Shown here: in pieces, positions 32,124 to 41,648 of the stretch
Numbering within the stretch: position 1 is the stretch's first letter
Layout: each line of letters opens with the position of its first letter
NCBI GenBank assembly: GCA_963734495.1
Contig: CAVTHK010000003.1
Coordinates: forward strand, 320,001 to 384,000
DNA length: 64,000 nucleotides
From: an uncultured Spirochaetota bacterium
GTDB taxonomy: Bacteria > Spirochaetota > Spirochaetia > SZUA-6 > CAVTHK01
Direction of reading: 5' to 3'
Program-made: the position numbers and the translations under genes
Notes under the pieces: model-generated
Told to the model about the DNA's origin: nothing
The model's input: only the letters and a program-made list of their open reading frames with translations
Databases searched by the model: none

Positions 32124-33069
32124 GTGAGCTCGTACGACATCGCGATGATCGGGCATGTGTCGCGCGACATCATGGTCTATCCCGGCGGGCCGCGAGGAAC
32201 GGCTGCTCGGCGGAGCGGTCGTCTACTCTTCGGCGGCCGCGGCCCGCTCGGGGGCGCGGGTCCTCGTGATCACCAAGGCGGCCAGGGAGGACCTGCCGCT
32301 GCTCGGCCCTCTGGAGCACGAGCGGGTCGAGGTCGTCGCGATCGACTCCCCGCCGCACGACCTCGATCCGCAACGTCTACCTCTCGGAGGACCGCGAGCG
32401 GCGCGAGGTGTCGCTCGTCGCGGGCGCGGAGCCGTTCGCCGTCGGGGAGCTGCCGGCCTTCGAGGCCGGGATCCTTCACCTGGCCGGTCTCTTTCACGGC
32501 GAGATCCCGCCGGCCGCTCGATCCCGGCGCTCGCACCGCGCTACCCGCTCGCCGTCGATGCGCAGGGCTGGCTGCGGCGGGTCGAAGGCGGGCGGATGGT
32601 CTTTCGCGACCTGGAGGGCAAGGAGGCGCTGCTTCCGCTCGTCCGCTACCTCAAGACGGACCTCGCCGAGGCGGAGATCCTCACCGGCGAGACCGACCAG
32701 GAGCGGGCGGCCCGGGCGCTGCACGCGATGGGGCCGGCGAGCGTCATGGTGACGCACGGGAGCGGCGTGATGGTCGTGGAGGGCGGCCGGCTCTACCGCG
32801 CGCCTTTCACGTCACGCAACCTCTCGGGGAGGACAGGCCGCGGCGACACCTGCTTCGCCTCGTACCTCGTCCGGCGGCTCTCGCACGATCCGCAGGAGTC
32901 GATTAGCTATGCCGCCGCGCTCACGAGCATCAAGATGGAGACCCCCGGGGTGTTCCGCGGCACGGTGGAGGACGTCCTCGCCCGCATGCGGGAAGGGCTG
33001 AGCAGCGCCGATCGCGCCCGCCGTGCGGCTACCCCGGACCCGGCGCGGCAGCGGTTTGACGGCCCGTGA
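32124..33069 (+). CDS. PfkB-family carbohydrate/nucleoside kinase, frameshifted
   Basis: IGHVSRD, LGGAVVYS, DAQG and RTGRGDTCF anion-hole motif. Confidence 0.8.
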
Positions 33070-33107
33070 CGCAGCCTGTACCTTGGGCTCACGCGTGAGG
33101 GGTGCTC

Positions 33108-35525
33108 ATGGAGCCGCAACCCGACACGAAGCGTAAAGCGGTGGCGTCGGACCGGGCCCAGGGCCGAGCCGTGGGCCGTTCCGTGCCGCGGACCGACGGA
33201 CCCGACAAGGTGCACGGCCGCACGCGCTTTACGGCCGACCTGCGCATCCCCGGCCTGCTGCACGCCGCGCTCGTGACCAGCGCGCACGCCCACGGCTCGA
33301 TCGCGGCGGTGCACACCGCGGAGGCTGCCGCGGCGCCCGGCGTGCGCGGCGTCTTCACCGGCGCGGACTTTCCCATACGGATCGGGCTCTACCTCGGCGA
33401 CAAGCCTCCTCTCGCGCGCGCGGTGGTCCGCTACTTCGGCGAGCCCGTCGGCAGCCGTGGTGGCCGACGACGAGGCCGCCGCGGTCGAAGCCGCTTCGCT
33501 CGTCCGCGTCGAGATCCGTCCGCTGCCCGTCGTCCGCACTCCCAGAGAGGCGCTGGCGCCCGGCGCGCCCATCCTCCACCCCGAAGATGGCGCAGTACGA
33601 GCACATCCCGGCGATCCTCCCCGAGCCGGGCACGAACGTCGGCAACCGGACCAGGATCCGCAAGGGCGACGCCGAGCGGGCCTTTGGCGAAGCCGACGTC
33701 ACGGTCGAAAGTGAAGTCGAGTTCCCGCCCGGGCGACCACGTGGCCATGGAGCCGCGCGTGGCGATCGCCGAGGTCAGGCCCGACGGCGCCGTCATCATC
33801 CATTCCTCGACGCAGTCGCCCTACAACGTCCGCATCATCATGAGCCGCACCTTCGGCATCCCGCCGGGAAAGATCACCGTCGTCGCCCCCGCGGTGGGCG
33901 GCGGATTCGGCGGCAAGGCGGGAATCCAGCTCGAGCCGCTCGCCTACCTGTTGTCGAAGGCGGTCGGCGGAAGACCCGTGCGCGTTGCCAACACCCGCGA
34001 GCAGGACCTGGTGAGCTCGCCGGGGCGGCCCGGGCTGCAGGCGCGCGTGCGGCTCGGGGCCCGGAGCGACGGACGGATCATCGCCGCCGACATCGAGTTC
34101 CTCTTCGATTCAGGCGGCTACGCCGACTACGCGGTCAACGTGAGCCGCGCCGCGGGCTACTCCTGCACCGGGCCGTACGCGATCGCGAACGTCAAGGCCG
34201 ACTCGCTCTCGGTCTACACGAACCATCCTTTCGCGACCGCCTACCGCGGCTTCGGCCACATCGAGATGAGCTTCGCGGTCGAGCGCGCCATGGACCTGCT
34301 GGCCGACCGCCTCGGCATGGACCCGGTCGAGCTCCGCGCGCTGAACGCGATCCGCGCGGGGGACACGACACCGACGCAGTCGGTGCTCGACGAGAGCACC
34401 GGCGACCTCAGGGAGTGCCTGCGCTTGGCAGCCGAGGGCGTCGACTGGAGCGCGGGCCCGCGCGCCCGGGTTGACGAGCACCGGGTCCGCGCCAAGGGCG
34501 TGAGCTGCTTCTGGAAGGCGCCCGCCATCCCGACCTTCACGGACGCGGGCGCGGTGGTGACCTTTAACGAGGACGGGAGCGTCAACCTGATCACGGGCGC
34601 GGTGGAGATCGGGCAGGGGACGCACACCGGCCTGGCGCAGATCGTGGCGGAGCGTCTCGCGATCGACCCCTCGATGGTGCACGTGGTCGCCGAGGTGATG
34701 ACCGACCGCTCCGCGCACGACTGGACCACGGCGGCGAGCCGCACGCTGTTCATGTGCGGGCGCGCCGCCCTCGCTGCGATCGACGACGCCGTCGCGCAGA
34801 TCCGCCGCGTGGCCTCCGCGCCGCTGCGCTGCCCCGAGGAGGACCTCGAGGTGGGCGGCAACCGCGTCTATCTGCGCGACGATCCGGGCCGCGGCCTCGC
34901 CCTCCCCGAGGTCGTCATGGGCTACGTCTACCCGAACGGCAACACCGTGGGCGGGCCCGTCATCGGCCGCGGCCGGTACGTCGCCCGCCACCTGAGCGGG
35001 CTCGATCCCGAGACGGGGGAGGGGAGGCCGGGCCTGGAGTGGACTCTCGGCGCCGAGGCCGTGGAGGTCGAGGTCGACCTGCGGGACGGCAGCTATCGCG
35101 TTCTGAGGAGCGCGTGCGCGATGGACGTCGGCCGGGTGATCAACCCGGCCCTCGCCCGCGGCCAGATCGTGGGCGCCATGGCCATGGGGATCGGCTACAC
35201 CACGCGGGAGGCCTTTGTTTTTGGACAAGGCGAGCGCGTGCTCAACGGAAAGCTCCGCGACTACAAGATCCTCCGCTACGGCGAGCATCCCGAATACATC
35301 GTGCGCTTCGTCGAGACGCCCCAGAGGGACGGGCCGTTCGGCGCGCGGGGCCTCGGCGAGCAGGGGATCGTCGGCATGCCGGGCGCGCTGGCAGGGGCGT
35401 TCTCGCGGGCGGTGGAGCGGCACCTCACGCGGCTGCCCATCACGCCGGAGGCGCTGTGGCGGGCGCGCGCGCAGCCTATGGGTGCAGCGCCGACCGGGGA
35501 CACTCCGGAAGGGGGGAACCCGTGA
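33108..35525 (+). CDS. Xanthine dehydrogenase-family molybdopterin-binding subunit (compensating frameshifts at about 33450-33730)
   Basis: GGGFGGKA, AYRGFG, EIGQGTHT, INP..GQ..G and GARGLGE. Confidence 0.9.
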   Translation: MEPQPDTKRKAVASDRAQGRAVGRSVPRTDGPDKVHGRTRFTADLRIPGLLHAALVTSAHAHGSIAAVHTAEAAAAPGVRGVFTGADFPIRIGLYLGDKPPLARAVVRYFGEPVGSRGGRRRGRRGRSRFARPRRDPSAARRPHSQRGAGARRAHPPPRRWRSTSTSRRSSPSRARTSATGPGSARATPSGPLAKPTSRSKVKSSSRPGDHVAMEPRVAIAEVRPDGAVIIHSSTQSPYNVRIIMSRTFGIPPGKITVVAPAVGGGFGGKAGIQLEPLAYLLSKAVGGRPVRVANTREQDLVSSPGRPGLQARVRLGARSDGRIIAADIEFLFDSGGYADYAVNVSRAAGYSCTGPYAIANVKADSLSVYTNHPFATAYRGFGHIEMSFAVERAMDLLADRLGMDPVELRALNAIRAGDTTPTQSVLDESTGDLRECLRLAAEGVDWSAGPRARVDEHRVRAKGVSCFWKAPAIPTFTDAGAVVTFNEDGSVNLITGAVEIGQGTHTGLAQIVAERLAIDPSMVHVVAEVMTDRSAHDWTTAASRTLFMCGRAALAAIDDAVAQIRRVASAPLRCPEEDLEVGGNRVYLRDDPGRGLALPEVVMGYVYPNGNTVGGPVIGRGRYVARHLSGLDPETGEGRPGLEWTLGAEAVEVEVDLRDGSYRVLRSACAMDVGRVINPALARGQIVGAMAMGIGYTTREAFVFGQGERVLNGKLRDYKILRYGEHPEYIVRFVETPQRDGPFGARGLGEQGIVGMPGALAGAFSRAVERHLTRLPITPEALWRARAQPMGAAPTGDTPEGGNP

Positions 35526-36328
35526 TCCCCTACGACGTCGCCTACTACCGGCCCGACACGCTGCCCGAGGCGCTCGAGGCGTTCAGGCAGGCGGCCGCCG
35601 AAGGGCTTGCGCCCGCGTGGCTCGGCGGCGGCACCGAGATCGTGACGATGGCGCGCGACGGGAAGCTGCGTCCGGGCGCTCTCATCGACCTCAAGGGGGT
35701 GCCCGAGTGCGCGGGCATCGAGGAGCTCGACGGGCACCTGCGCTTCGGCGCCTGCCTCACGCTGAACGAGGCGGCGGACCAGGCGCGCTTCCCGCTGCTC
35801 GCGGCGGCGGCATCGGGAGTCGCGGACCACACCGTGCGCAACAGCATCACTCTCGGAGGAAACATCGCGGGAAGGCTTCCCTACCGCGAAGCTGTTCTGC
35901 CCTTCCTCCTGTGTGACACGGTCGCGGAGATCGCCGGCGCCGAGGGCGGGCGCGAGGTTCCGCTCGCGAAGCTCTTCGAGAAGCGGCTGCGCCTTGCAGC
36001 CGGCGAGGCGCTCGTGGCGCTGCGCGTGCCCGTGGCCGCGGCGTCGCTGCCCCACGCGTACGCCCGGCGCACGAAGGACTCTCGCGTCGATTACCCGCTG
36101 CTCACCGCGTGCTTCGTCCGCGACGGCCGGACGCTCCGTGTCGCGGTCAGCGGGCTGGGCGACTACCCGGCGAAGCTCCCCGACCGCGAGATGGGCCGCG
36201 GCGCGCCCGCAACGGACACCGCGGGCCTCGCGGCGCGGGCCGACATGCGCGCGTCCGCGGAGTACCGGGTGGCGCTCTTCCAGCGGGCGCTCGAGGAGGC
36301 TGCGGCGCGCCTCGAGGAGGCAAGGTGA
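35522..36328 (+). CDS. Xanthine dehydrogenase-family FAD-binding subunit
   Basis: YYRPDTLPEA, GGGTE and VRNSITLGGN; GTGA overlap. Confidence 0.88.
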   Translation: MIPYDVAYYRPDTLPEALEAFRQAAAEGLAPAWLGGGTEIVTMARDGKLRPGALIDLKGVPECAGIEELDGHLRFGACLTLNEAADQARFPLLAAAASGVADHTVRNSITLGGNIAGRLPYREAVLPFLLCDTVAEIAGAEGGREVPLAKLFEKRLRLAAGEALVALRVPVAAASLPHAYARRTKDSRVDYPLLTACFVRDGRTLRVAVSGLGDYPAKLPDREMGRGAPATDTAGLAARADMRASAEYRVALFQRALEEAAARLEEAR

Positions 36329-36801
36329 AGGTCTACCGCGGAATCACGCGCGTCACCCTGCGGGTCAACGGAGAGGAGCGGGGCGCAAACGTGCGGCCGG
36401 GCGACACGCTGCTGCGCACGCTGCGCGAGGGCCTCGGCCTCACGGGGACCAAGGCGGGCTGCGAGAATGGCGACTGCGGCGCCTGCACCGTGCTGCTCGA
36501 CGGACGGCCGGTCAAGAGCTGCCTGGTCCTCACGCTCTCCGCGATCGGGCGCGAGGTTACCACGATCGAAGGCCTCCGCGGCACGGCGCTCCAGCGCGCC
36601 TTCGTCGAGGAGAACGGGTTCCAGTGCGGCTTCTGCACTCCGGGCATCCTCATGAACGCGCACGCGCTTCTCGCGGCCGACCCGCGGCCGTCGCCCGAGG
36701 CGGCGCGCCTCTGGCTGGAGAGCAACCTCTGCCGCTGCACCGGCTACGAAGGGATCGAGCGCGCGGTCAGACGCGCATCGGGAGGCTCGACCGCCGACTG
36801 A
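36325..36801 (+). CDS. Xanthine dehydrogenase-family (2Fe-2S) subunit
   Basis: GCENGDCGAC, QCGFCTPG and NLCRCTGY. Confidence 0.92.
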   Translation: MKVYRGITRVTLRVNGEERGANVRPGDTLLRTLREGLGLTGTKAGCENGDCGACTVLLDGRPVKSCLVLTLSAIGREVTTIEGLRGTALQRAFVEENGFQCGFCTPGILMNAHALLAADPRPSPEAARLWLESNLCRCTGYEGIERAVRRASGGSTAD

Positions 36802-36856
36802 CGCTTGCGCGGGCCGGCCTCCGGGCGCTACTCTTGCGGCACACCGGGGACAGCCG

Positions 36857-37840
36857 TTGCCGCAGATCGTCGTCGAGTCGCTGACCAAGACCTATCGCGT
36901 CTCGGAGCGGGCCTCAGGCCTCGCGGGCGCCCTCGCCGGGCTCGTGAGGCGCAGGCATCGGGTCGTGCGCGCGCTCGACGGGGTGTCCTTCAACATCAAT
37001 TCCGGTGAGCTCGTCGGCTACATCGGACCCAACGGGGCGGGCAAGAGCACCACGGTCAAGGTTCTCTCCGGCATCCTCGTGCCGGACAGCGGGCGCTGCG
37101 AGGTCGACGGTCTCGTTCCCTGGCGCGACCGGGTGCGCCACGTGAGCCGCATCGGCGTGGTCTTCGGCCAGCGCACGCAGCTCTGGTGGGACCTCCCGGT
37201 GATCGAGTCCTTCGACCTCCTGCGCGACGTCTACCGGATCCCGCGCGCCGCCTACCGCGTCACGCGCGACGAGCTGGTGGAGCTGCTGAGCCTCGCCCCG
37301 CTGCTCGATACGCCGGTGCGCAGCCTGAGCCTCGGCCAGCGCATGCGCTGCGACATCGCCGCCTCGCTCCTGCACTCGCCCGCCCTGGTCTTCCTCGACG
37401 AGCCGACGATCGGCCTCGACGCCGTCGCCAAGCTCAAGGTGCGGGAGTTCGTGCGGGCGCAGAACCGCGAGAAGGGCACGACGGTCATCCTCACGACCCA
37501 CGACATGGACGACATCGAAGCGCTCTGCGAGCGGGTCCTGGTGATCGGCCGGGGACGCATCCTCTGTGACGGGAGCCTCGGCTCCCTGCGCGAGCTCGTG
37601 AGCCCGGAGCGCAGGCTCGTGGTCGACCTCGAGCACGAAGCGACGCTCCAGGTGCCAGGCGCGAGGGTCGTGGAGGTGGACGGGCAGCGCGTGCACCTGA
37701 GCTTCGACCCGCGCGAAGTCTCCGCCGCCGACCTGATCGCGCGCGTGTCCGCCGCCTGGCCGGTGCGCGACCTCTTCGTCGAGAACCCACCGATCGAGCA
37801 GATCATCGCGCGGCTTTACCGCTCGCATGGAGAAGAATGA
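36857..37840 (+). CDS. ABC-2 type transporter ATP-binding protein
   Basis: GPNGAGKST, LSLGQ and FLDEPTIGLD. Confidence 0.92.
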   Translation: MPQIVVESLTKTYRVSERASGLAGALAGLVRRRHRVVRALDGVSFNINSGELVGYIGPNGAGKSTTVKVLSGILVPDSGRCEVDGLVPWRDRVRHVSRIGVVFGQRTQLWWDLPVIESFDLLRDVYRIPRAAYRVTRDELVELLSLAPLLDTPVRSLSLGQRMRCDIAASLLHSPALVFLDEPTIGLDAVAKLKVREFVRAQNREKGTTVILTTHDMDDIEALCERVLVIGRGRILCDGSLGSLRELVSPERRLVVDLEHEATLQVPGARVVEVDGQRVHLSFDPREVSAADLIARVSAAWPVRDLFVENPPIEQIIARLYRSHGEE

Positions 37841-38673
37841 AGGCAGCCTCCGGCGCCGCCGCTCCCTACCTGGCCGTCCTCTCCGCGCGCCTGCGCACGC
37901 TGCTGCAGTACCGCGCCGCGGCGCTCGCGGGGTTCGCGACGCAGCTCTTCTGGGGCTTCCTCAAGATCATGGTGCTCGCGGCGTTCTACCGGGCGCGGCC
38001 GGAGGCGCAGCCGATGAGCTTTGCCGCGGTCGCCTCCTACGTCTGGCTCGGGCAGGCGCTGCTCGGGATGTTCCCGTGGAACGTGGACCGGGACGTGGAC
38101 GCTATGGTGCGCAACGGCACCGTGGCCTACGACCTGCTGCGCCCCATCGACGCATACGCTCACTGGTACACGCGGGCTCTCGCGTGGCGGATGGCGTCGC
38201 CCGCTCTCCGCGCCCCGCCGATGGTGTTGACGGCCGGCATCCTGCTGCCGCTCGCGGGGCTCGGCGGCTGGGCGCTCTCGCCGCCGCCCTCGCTCGCCGC
38301 CGGCCTCGCCTGGGCCGCGGCGCAGACCGTGGCGCTCGCGATGAGCGCCGCGATCACCGCGGCCCTCAACATCTCCCTCGTCTGGACCATCTCCGGCCAG
38401 GGCGTGCGGATGGTCGTGCCCCACCTGGTCACCGTCCTCTCCGGGATGATCATCCCGCTGCCCATCCTGCCGCCGGTCCTGCAGCGAGTGCTTCAGGCGC
38501 TGCCCTTTGCGTACCTCGTCGACGTGCCGTACAGGCTCTTCGCCGGCGACATCCCCGCGGCCCGCCTGCCCGGGCTCCTCGCCGTCGGCCTCGCGTGGAC
38601 CGCCGGCATCGTGGCCCTCGGCCGCTTTCTCATGAGCCGCGCGACCCGCCGTCTCGTGGTGCAGGGCGGATAG
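37837..38673 (+). CDS. ABC-2 family permease (DUF990-like)
   Basis: LQYR, YVWLGQ, LLRP and terminal VVQGG. Confidence 0.85.
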   Translation: MKAASGAAAPYLAVLSARLRTLLQYRAAALAGFATQLFWGFLKIMVLAAFYRARPEAQPMSFAAVASYVWLGQALLGMFPWNVDRDVDAMVRNGTVAYDLLRPIDAYAHWYTRALAWRMASPALRAPPMVLTAGILLPLAGLGGWALSPPPSLAAGLAWAAAQTVALAMSAAITAALNISLVWTISGQGVRMVVPHLVTVLSGMIIPLPILPPVLQRVLQALPFAYLVDVPYRLFAGDIPAARLPGLLAVGLAWTAGIVALGRFLMSRATRRLVVQGG

Positions 38674-38681
38674 GGGCCGGC

Positions 38682-39482
38682 ATGAACGGGCTGCGGCTCT
38701 ACCTGCGCTACATCACGGTGTCGCTGCAGGCGCAGATGGAGTACAAGGCGTCGTTCGCCTTGCAGGCGCTGGGGCAGTTGCTGGCCACCGCCATCGATTT
38801 CGTCGGGCTGTGGGCGCTGTTTACGCGCTTCGGCGGCGTGAAGGGCTGGAGCCTCGCCGAGGCCGCCTTTCTCTACGGAGTCGTCAACATCTCCGCCGCG
38901 TTCGGCGACGCCGTGTCGCGCGGCCTCGACGTCATGGGGAGCTTTATCCGGGATGGCGACCTGGACCGTCTGCTGCTGCGCCCGCGGTCGCTGGTGGTGC
39001 AGCTTGTGGGGTACGAGTTCACGCTGCGCCGCTTCGGAAGGTTCCTTCAGGGCGCCGCGGTCCTCGCCTGGTCGATCACGCGGCTCGCGATCCCCTGGTC
39101 GGCCGGCCGTGTCGTGCTGCTGGCCGCCTCCATCGTCTCGGGCGCGACCCTCTGGCTCGGCCTCCTGGTCCTCCAGGCCACGCTCGCGTTCTGGACGGTG
39201 GAGTCGCTCGAGATCATGAACACGGTGACCTACGGCGGGACCGAGACCGCCGAGTTCCCGATGTCGATCTACAGCCGGTGGTTCAGGCGCTTCTTCATCT
39301 TCGTCGTTCCCCTGGCGTGCGCGTCGTACTTTCCGGTGATCGCGATCCTCGGCAAGGCGGACCTGCCCGGAGCCCCGCCGTGGCTCGGCTGGGTCTCGCC
39401 CGCCGCCGGACCGCTCTTTCTCGCGGCCTCGCTCCAGGTCTTCAAGCTCGGCGTGCGGCACTACACCTCTACAGGAAGCTGA
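38682..39482 (+). CDS. ABC-2 family permease (DUF990-like)
   Basis: QMEYKASF, GDLDRLLLRP and terminal YTSTGS. Confidence 0.85.
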   Translation: MNGLRLYLRYITVSLQAQMEYKASFALQALGQLLATAIDFVGLWALFTRFGGVKGWSLAEAAFLYGVVNISAAFGDAVSRGLDVMGSFIRDGDLDRLLLRPRSLVVQLVGYEFTLRRFGRFLQGAAVLAWSITRLAIPWSAGRVVLLAASIVSGATLWLGLLVLQATLAFWTVESLEIMNTVTYGGTETAEFPMSIYSRWFRRFFIFVVPLACASYFPVIAILGKADLPGAPPWLGWVSPAAGPLFLAASLQVFKLGVRHYTSTGS

Positions 39483-39508
39483 GCAGCTGCGTGGCTCCGG
39501 CCCGCAGA

Positions 39509-40581
39509 TTACCGTGAAACGCCGGCGAGCCCGAGCTCCTCGGCGAAATGACAGGCGGACCAGTGGCCGTCAGACAGCTTCCGCAGGGCGGGCTCCTCGC
39601 CGCTGCACTTCGCCATTCGCCCGTCGAGCTGGGCGTAGCGGCACCTCGTGTGAAAGCGGCAGCCGCTCGGCGGATTGAGGGGCGAAGGTACGTTGCCCTG
39701 CAGCACAATCCGATGGCCGGTGTAGGTGGGGTCAGGCACGGGGACAGCCGAAAGTAGCGCTTCGGTGTACGGGTGCCGCGGACGCGCATACAGATCCCGA
39801 GTCACGCCGACCTCGACGATCTTGCCGAGGTACATGACGGCAACGCGATCGCACATCTGCTCCACCACGGACAGGTCGTGGGCTATGATGACGTAGGTGA
39901 GGGTGAACCGCCTCTGCAGATCGACCAGCAGGTTGAGCACTTGGCCCTGGATCGAAACGTCCAGCGCGGACACCGGCTCGTCGGCGATGATCAGCCTGGG
40001 GCGCAGCGCAAGAGCCCGCGCGATGCCGATCCGCTGCCTCTGCCCGCCGGAGAATTGATGTGGGTAGCGGTTGCGGTGGTCCGGGCGGATTCCCACCTCG
40101 TGCATGAGCTCGGCGACCTTCTCGTCGATCTTCGACTTCCCGACAGCGGACCGGTGAATGAGAAAGGGCTCGGCGAGAATCTCGCGAATTGTCATCTTCG
40201 GGTTGAGCGACGAGTCGGGGTCTGGAACACCATCTGTATCTCGCGCCGGATCCGCTTGAGCGCACTCTTTGCGAGTCCGGTCAAGTCGATGAGATCTGAC
40301 CCGCCGCCACCGGACCGCGCGCTGACCGCGTTCGACCTGAAGAGAATCGTGCCTGCGGTCGGCTCGATTAGGCGAATGATTGCCCGCCCGGCTGTTGTCT
40401 TTCCGCACCCGCTCTCACCCACGAGACCGAGCGTCTCCCCGGACCGGACGTAGAGCGATACATCATCGACCGCCTTGACGTCGCCGACCTTTCCGTAGAG
40501 TAAGCCGCCCCGGACCGGGAAGTACTTCTTGAGGTGCTGGACCTCGAGGACCACGTCCTCGCCGTTCTCAAATGACGACAT
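39509..40581 (-). CDS. Oligopeptide ABC ATP-binding protein (OppF/DppF-like), frameshift near 40220
   Basis: [31 protein letters not shown] and GCRFHTRC. Confidence 0.88.
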
Positions 40582-41563
40582 CGCGTTCCCCGCCACTGCC
40601 CTCGACGACCTTCGAGTCCTCTTTCCGGGACGACTCCTGCGTGTGCAGCCAGCACCTCGAGAGATGATCGGGCTCGACGGCCACGAACGGAGGCGGTTGC
40701 GCGCAGACAGCCATGCGGTACGCGCAGCGATCCGAGAACCTGCATCCCTCGGGCATGGAGAGTGGGTCGGGGACGATTCCCGGGATCGGATTGAACTTCT
40801 TTGTCTGCTGCGCTCCGAGGACGGGGAGCGCGTTCAGCAACCCCTGAGTGTACGGATGCAGCCGCTTGGCGAAAAAGTTGCTCGTGCTGCTCCTCTCCAC
40901 TAGCTCCCCGAGGTACATCACGGCCACTTCGTCGGCGATCCCCGCGACGACTCCCAGGTCGTGAGTGATCATGATGATGGACATCCGCAGCTCGCTGGCC
41001 GCAGTCCACGGTGCGTCGACGTACTGCGGCGAAAAGAGCCCCTGCGGGGGCGGAATATCGAAGATGTAGAAGAGGCCCACGAGAACCAGAAGAGCAAGAA
41101 AGAAATCGGGTATCGAAAGCCCGAGGAACGCGCCGACGCTGACGACGTAATCCGAAATGCCGTACTGGCGATACGCCGTCCATATGCCGATCGGGATGCC
41201 GATCACGTACATGAACACGAAGGCCGACAGCGAGATGGTCATTGAATAGAGGAGCCTCGGGCCCACGAGGTTCGAGACAGGCTGGAAGTTGTCGAACGAT
41301 ACGCCGAAATCACCCTGCATGAACCTTCCGAGCCAGTTGACGTATCGGACTACAAAGGGTTGCGTGAATCCGTAGCGCTCTCGAAGCAGATCGGTCCGGT
41401 CCTTCGCGGCCTTCGCGGAGTAGTTGTAGGTGACTTGCAGCGCCTGCTCGTAACGGGTCAGTGGGTCCCCCGGCGCGAGGGTCAGGATCACGAAGACCAC
41501 GAAGGACATGATGACGAGGGTTGGGACAAAATTGGCGATTCGGCGAACTACATAAGAGCCCAT
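40568..41563 (-). pseudogene. In-frame chimera: N-terminal DppB-like permease fused to C-terminal DppD-like ATPase
   Basis: YVVRR..GDFGVS..SIPDF..DAPW runs directly into ELRMSIIMITHDLGVV..HPYT..GCRFSDRC; no EAA loop and no Walker motifs. Confidence 0.8.
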
Positions 41564-41579
41564 GTTGTCTCTTGGCCCG

Positions 41580-41645
41580 TGCAGGGGTGCCGCGTGACCA
41601 TCGCGGCACTCCCTGCATGAGCACGGCCGGCAGTATTGCCGGCCG
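41580..41645. repeat. Two intercistronic hairpins after the binding-protein gene
   Basis: TGCAGGGGTGCCGCG/CGCGGCACTCCCTGCA at 41580-41617; CGGCCGGCA/TGCCGGCCG at 41624-41645. Confidence 0.65.
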
Positions 41646-41648
41646 CGG

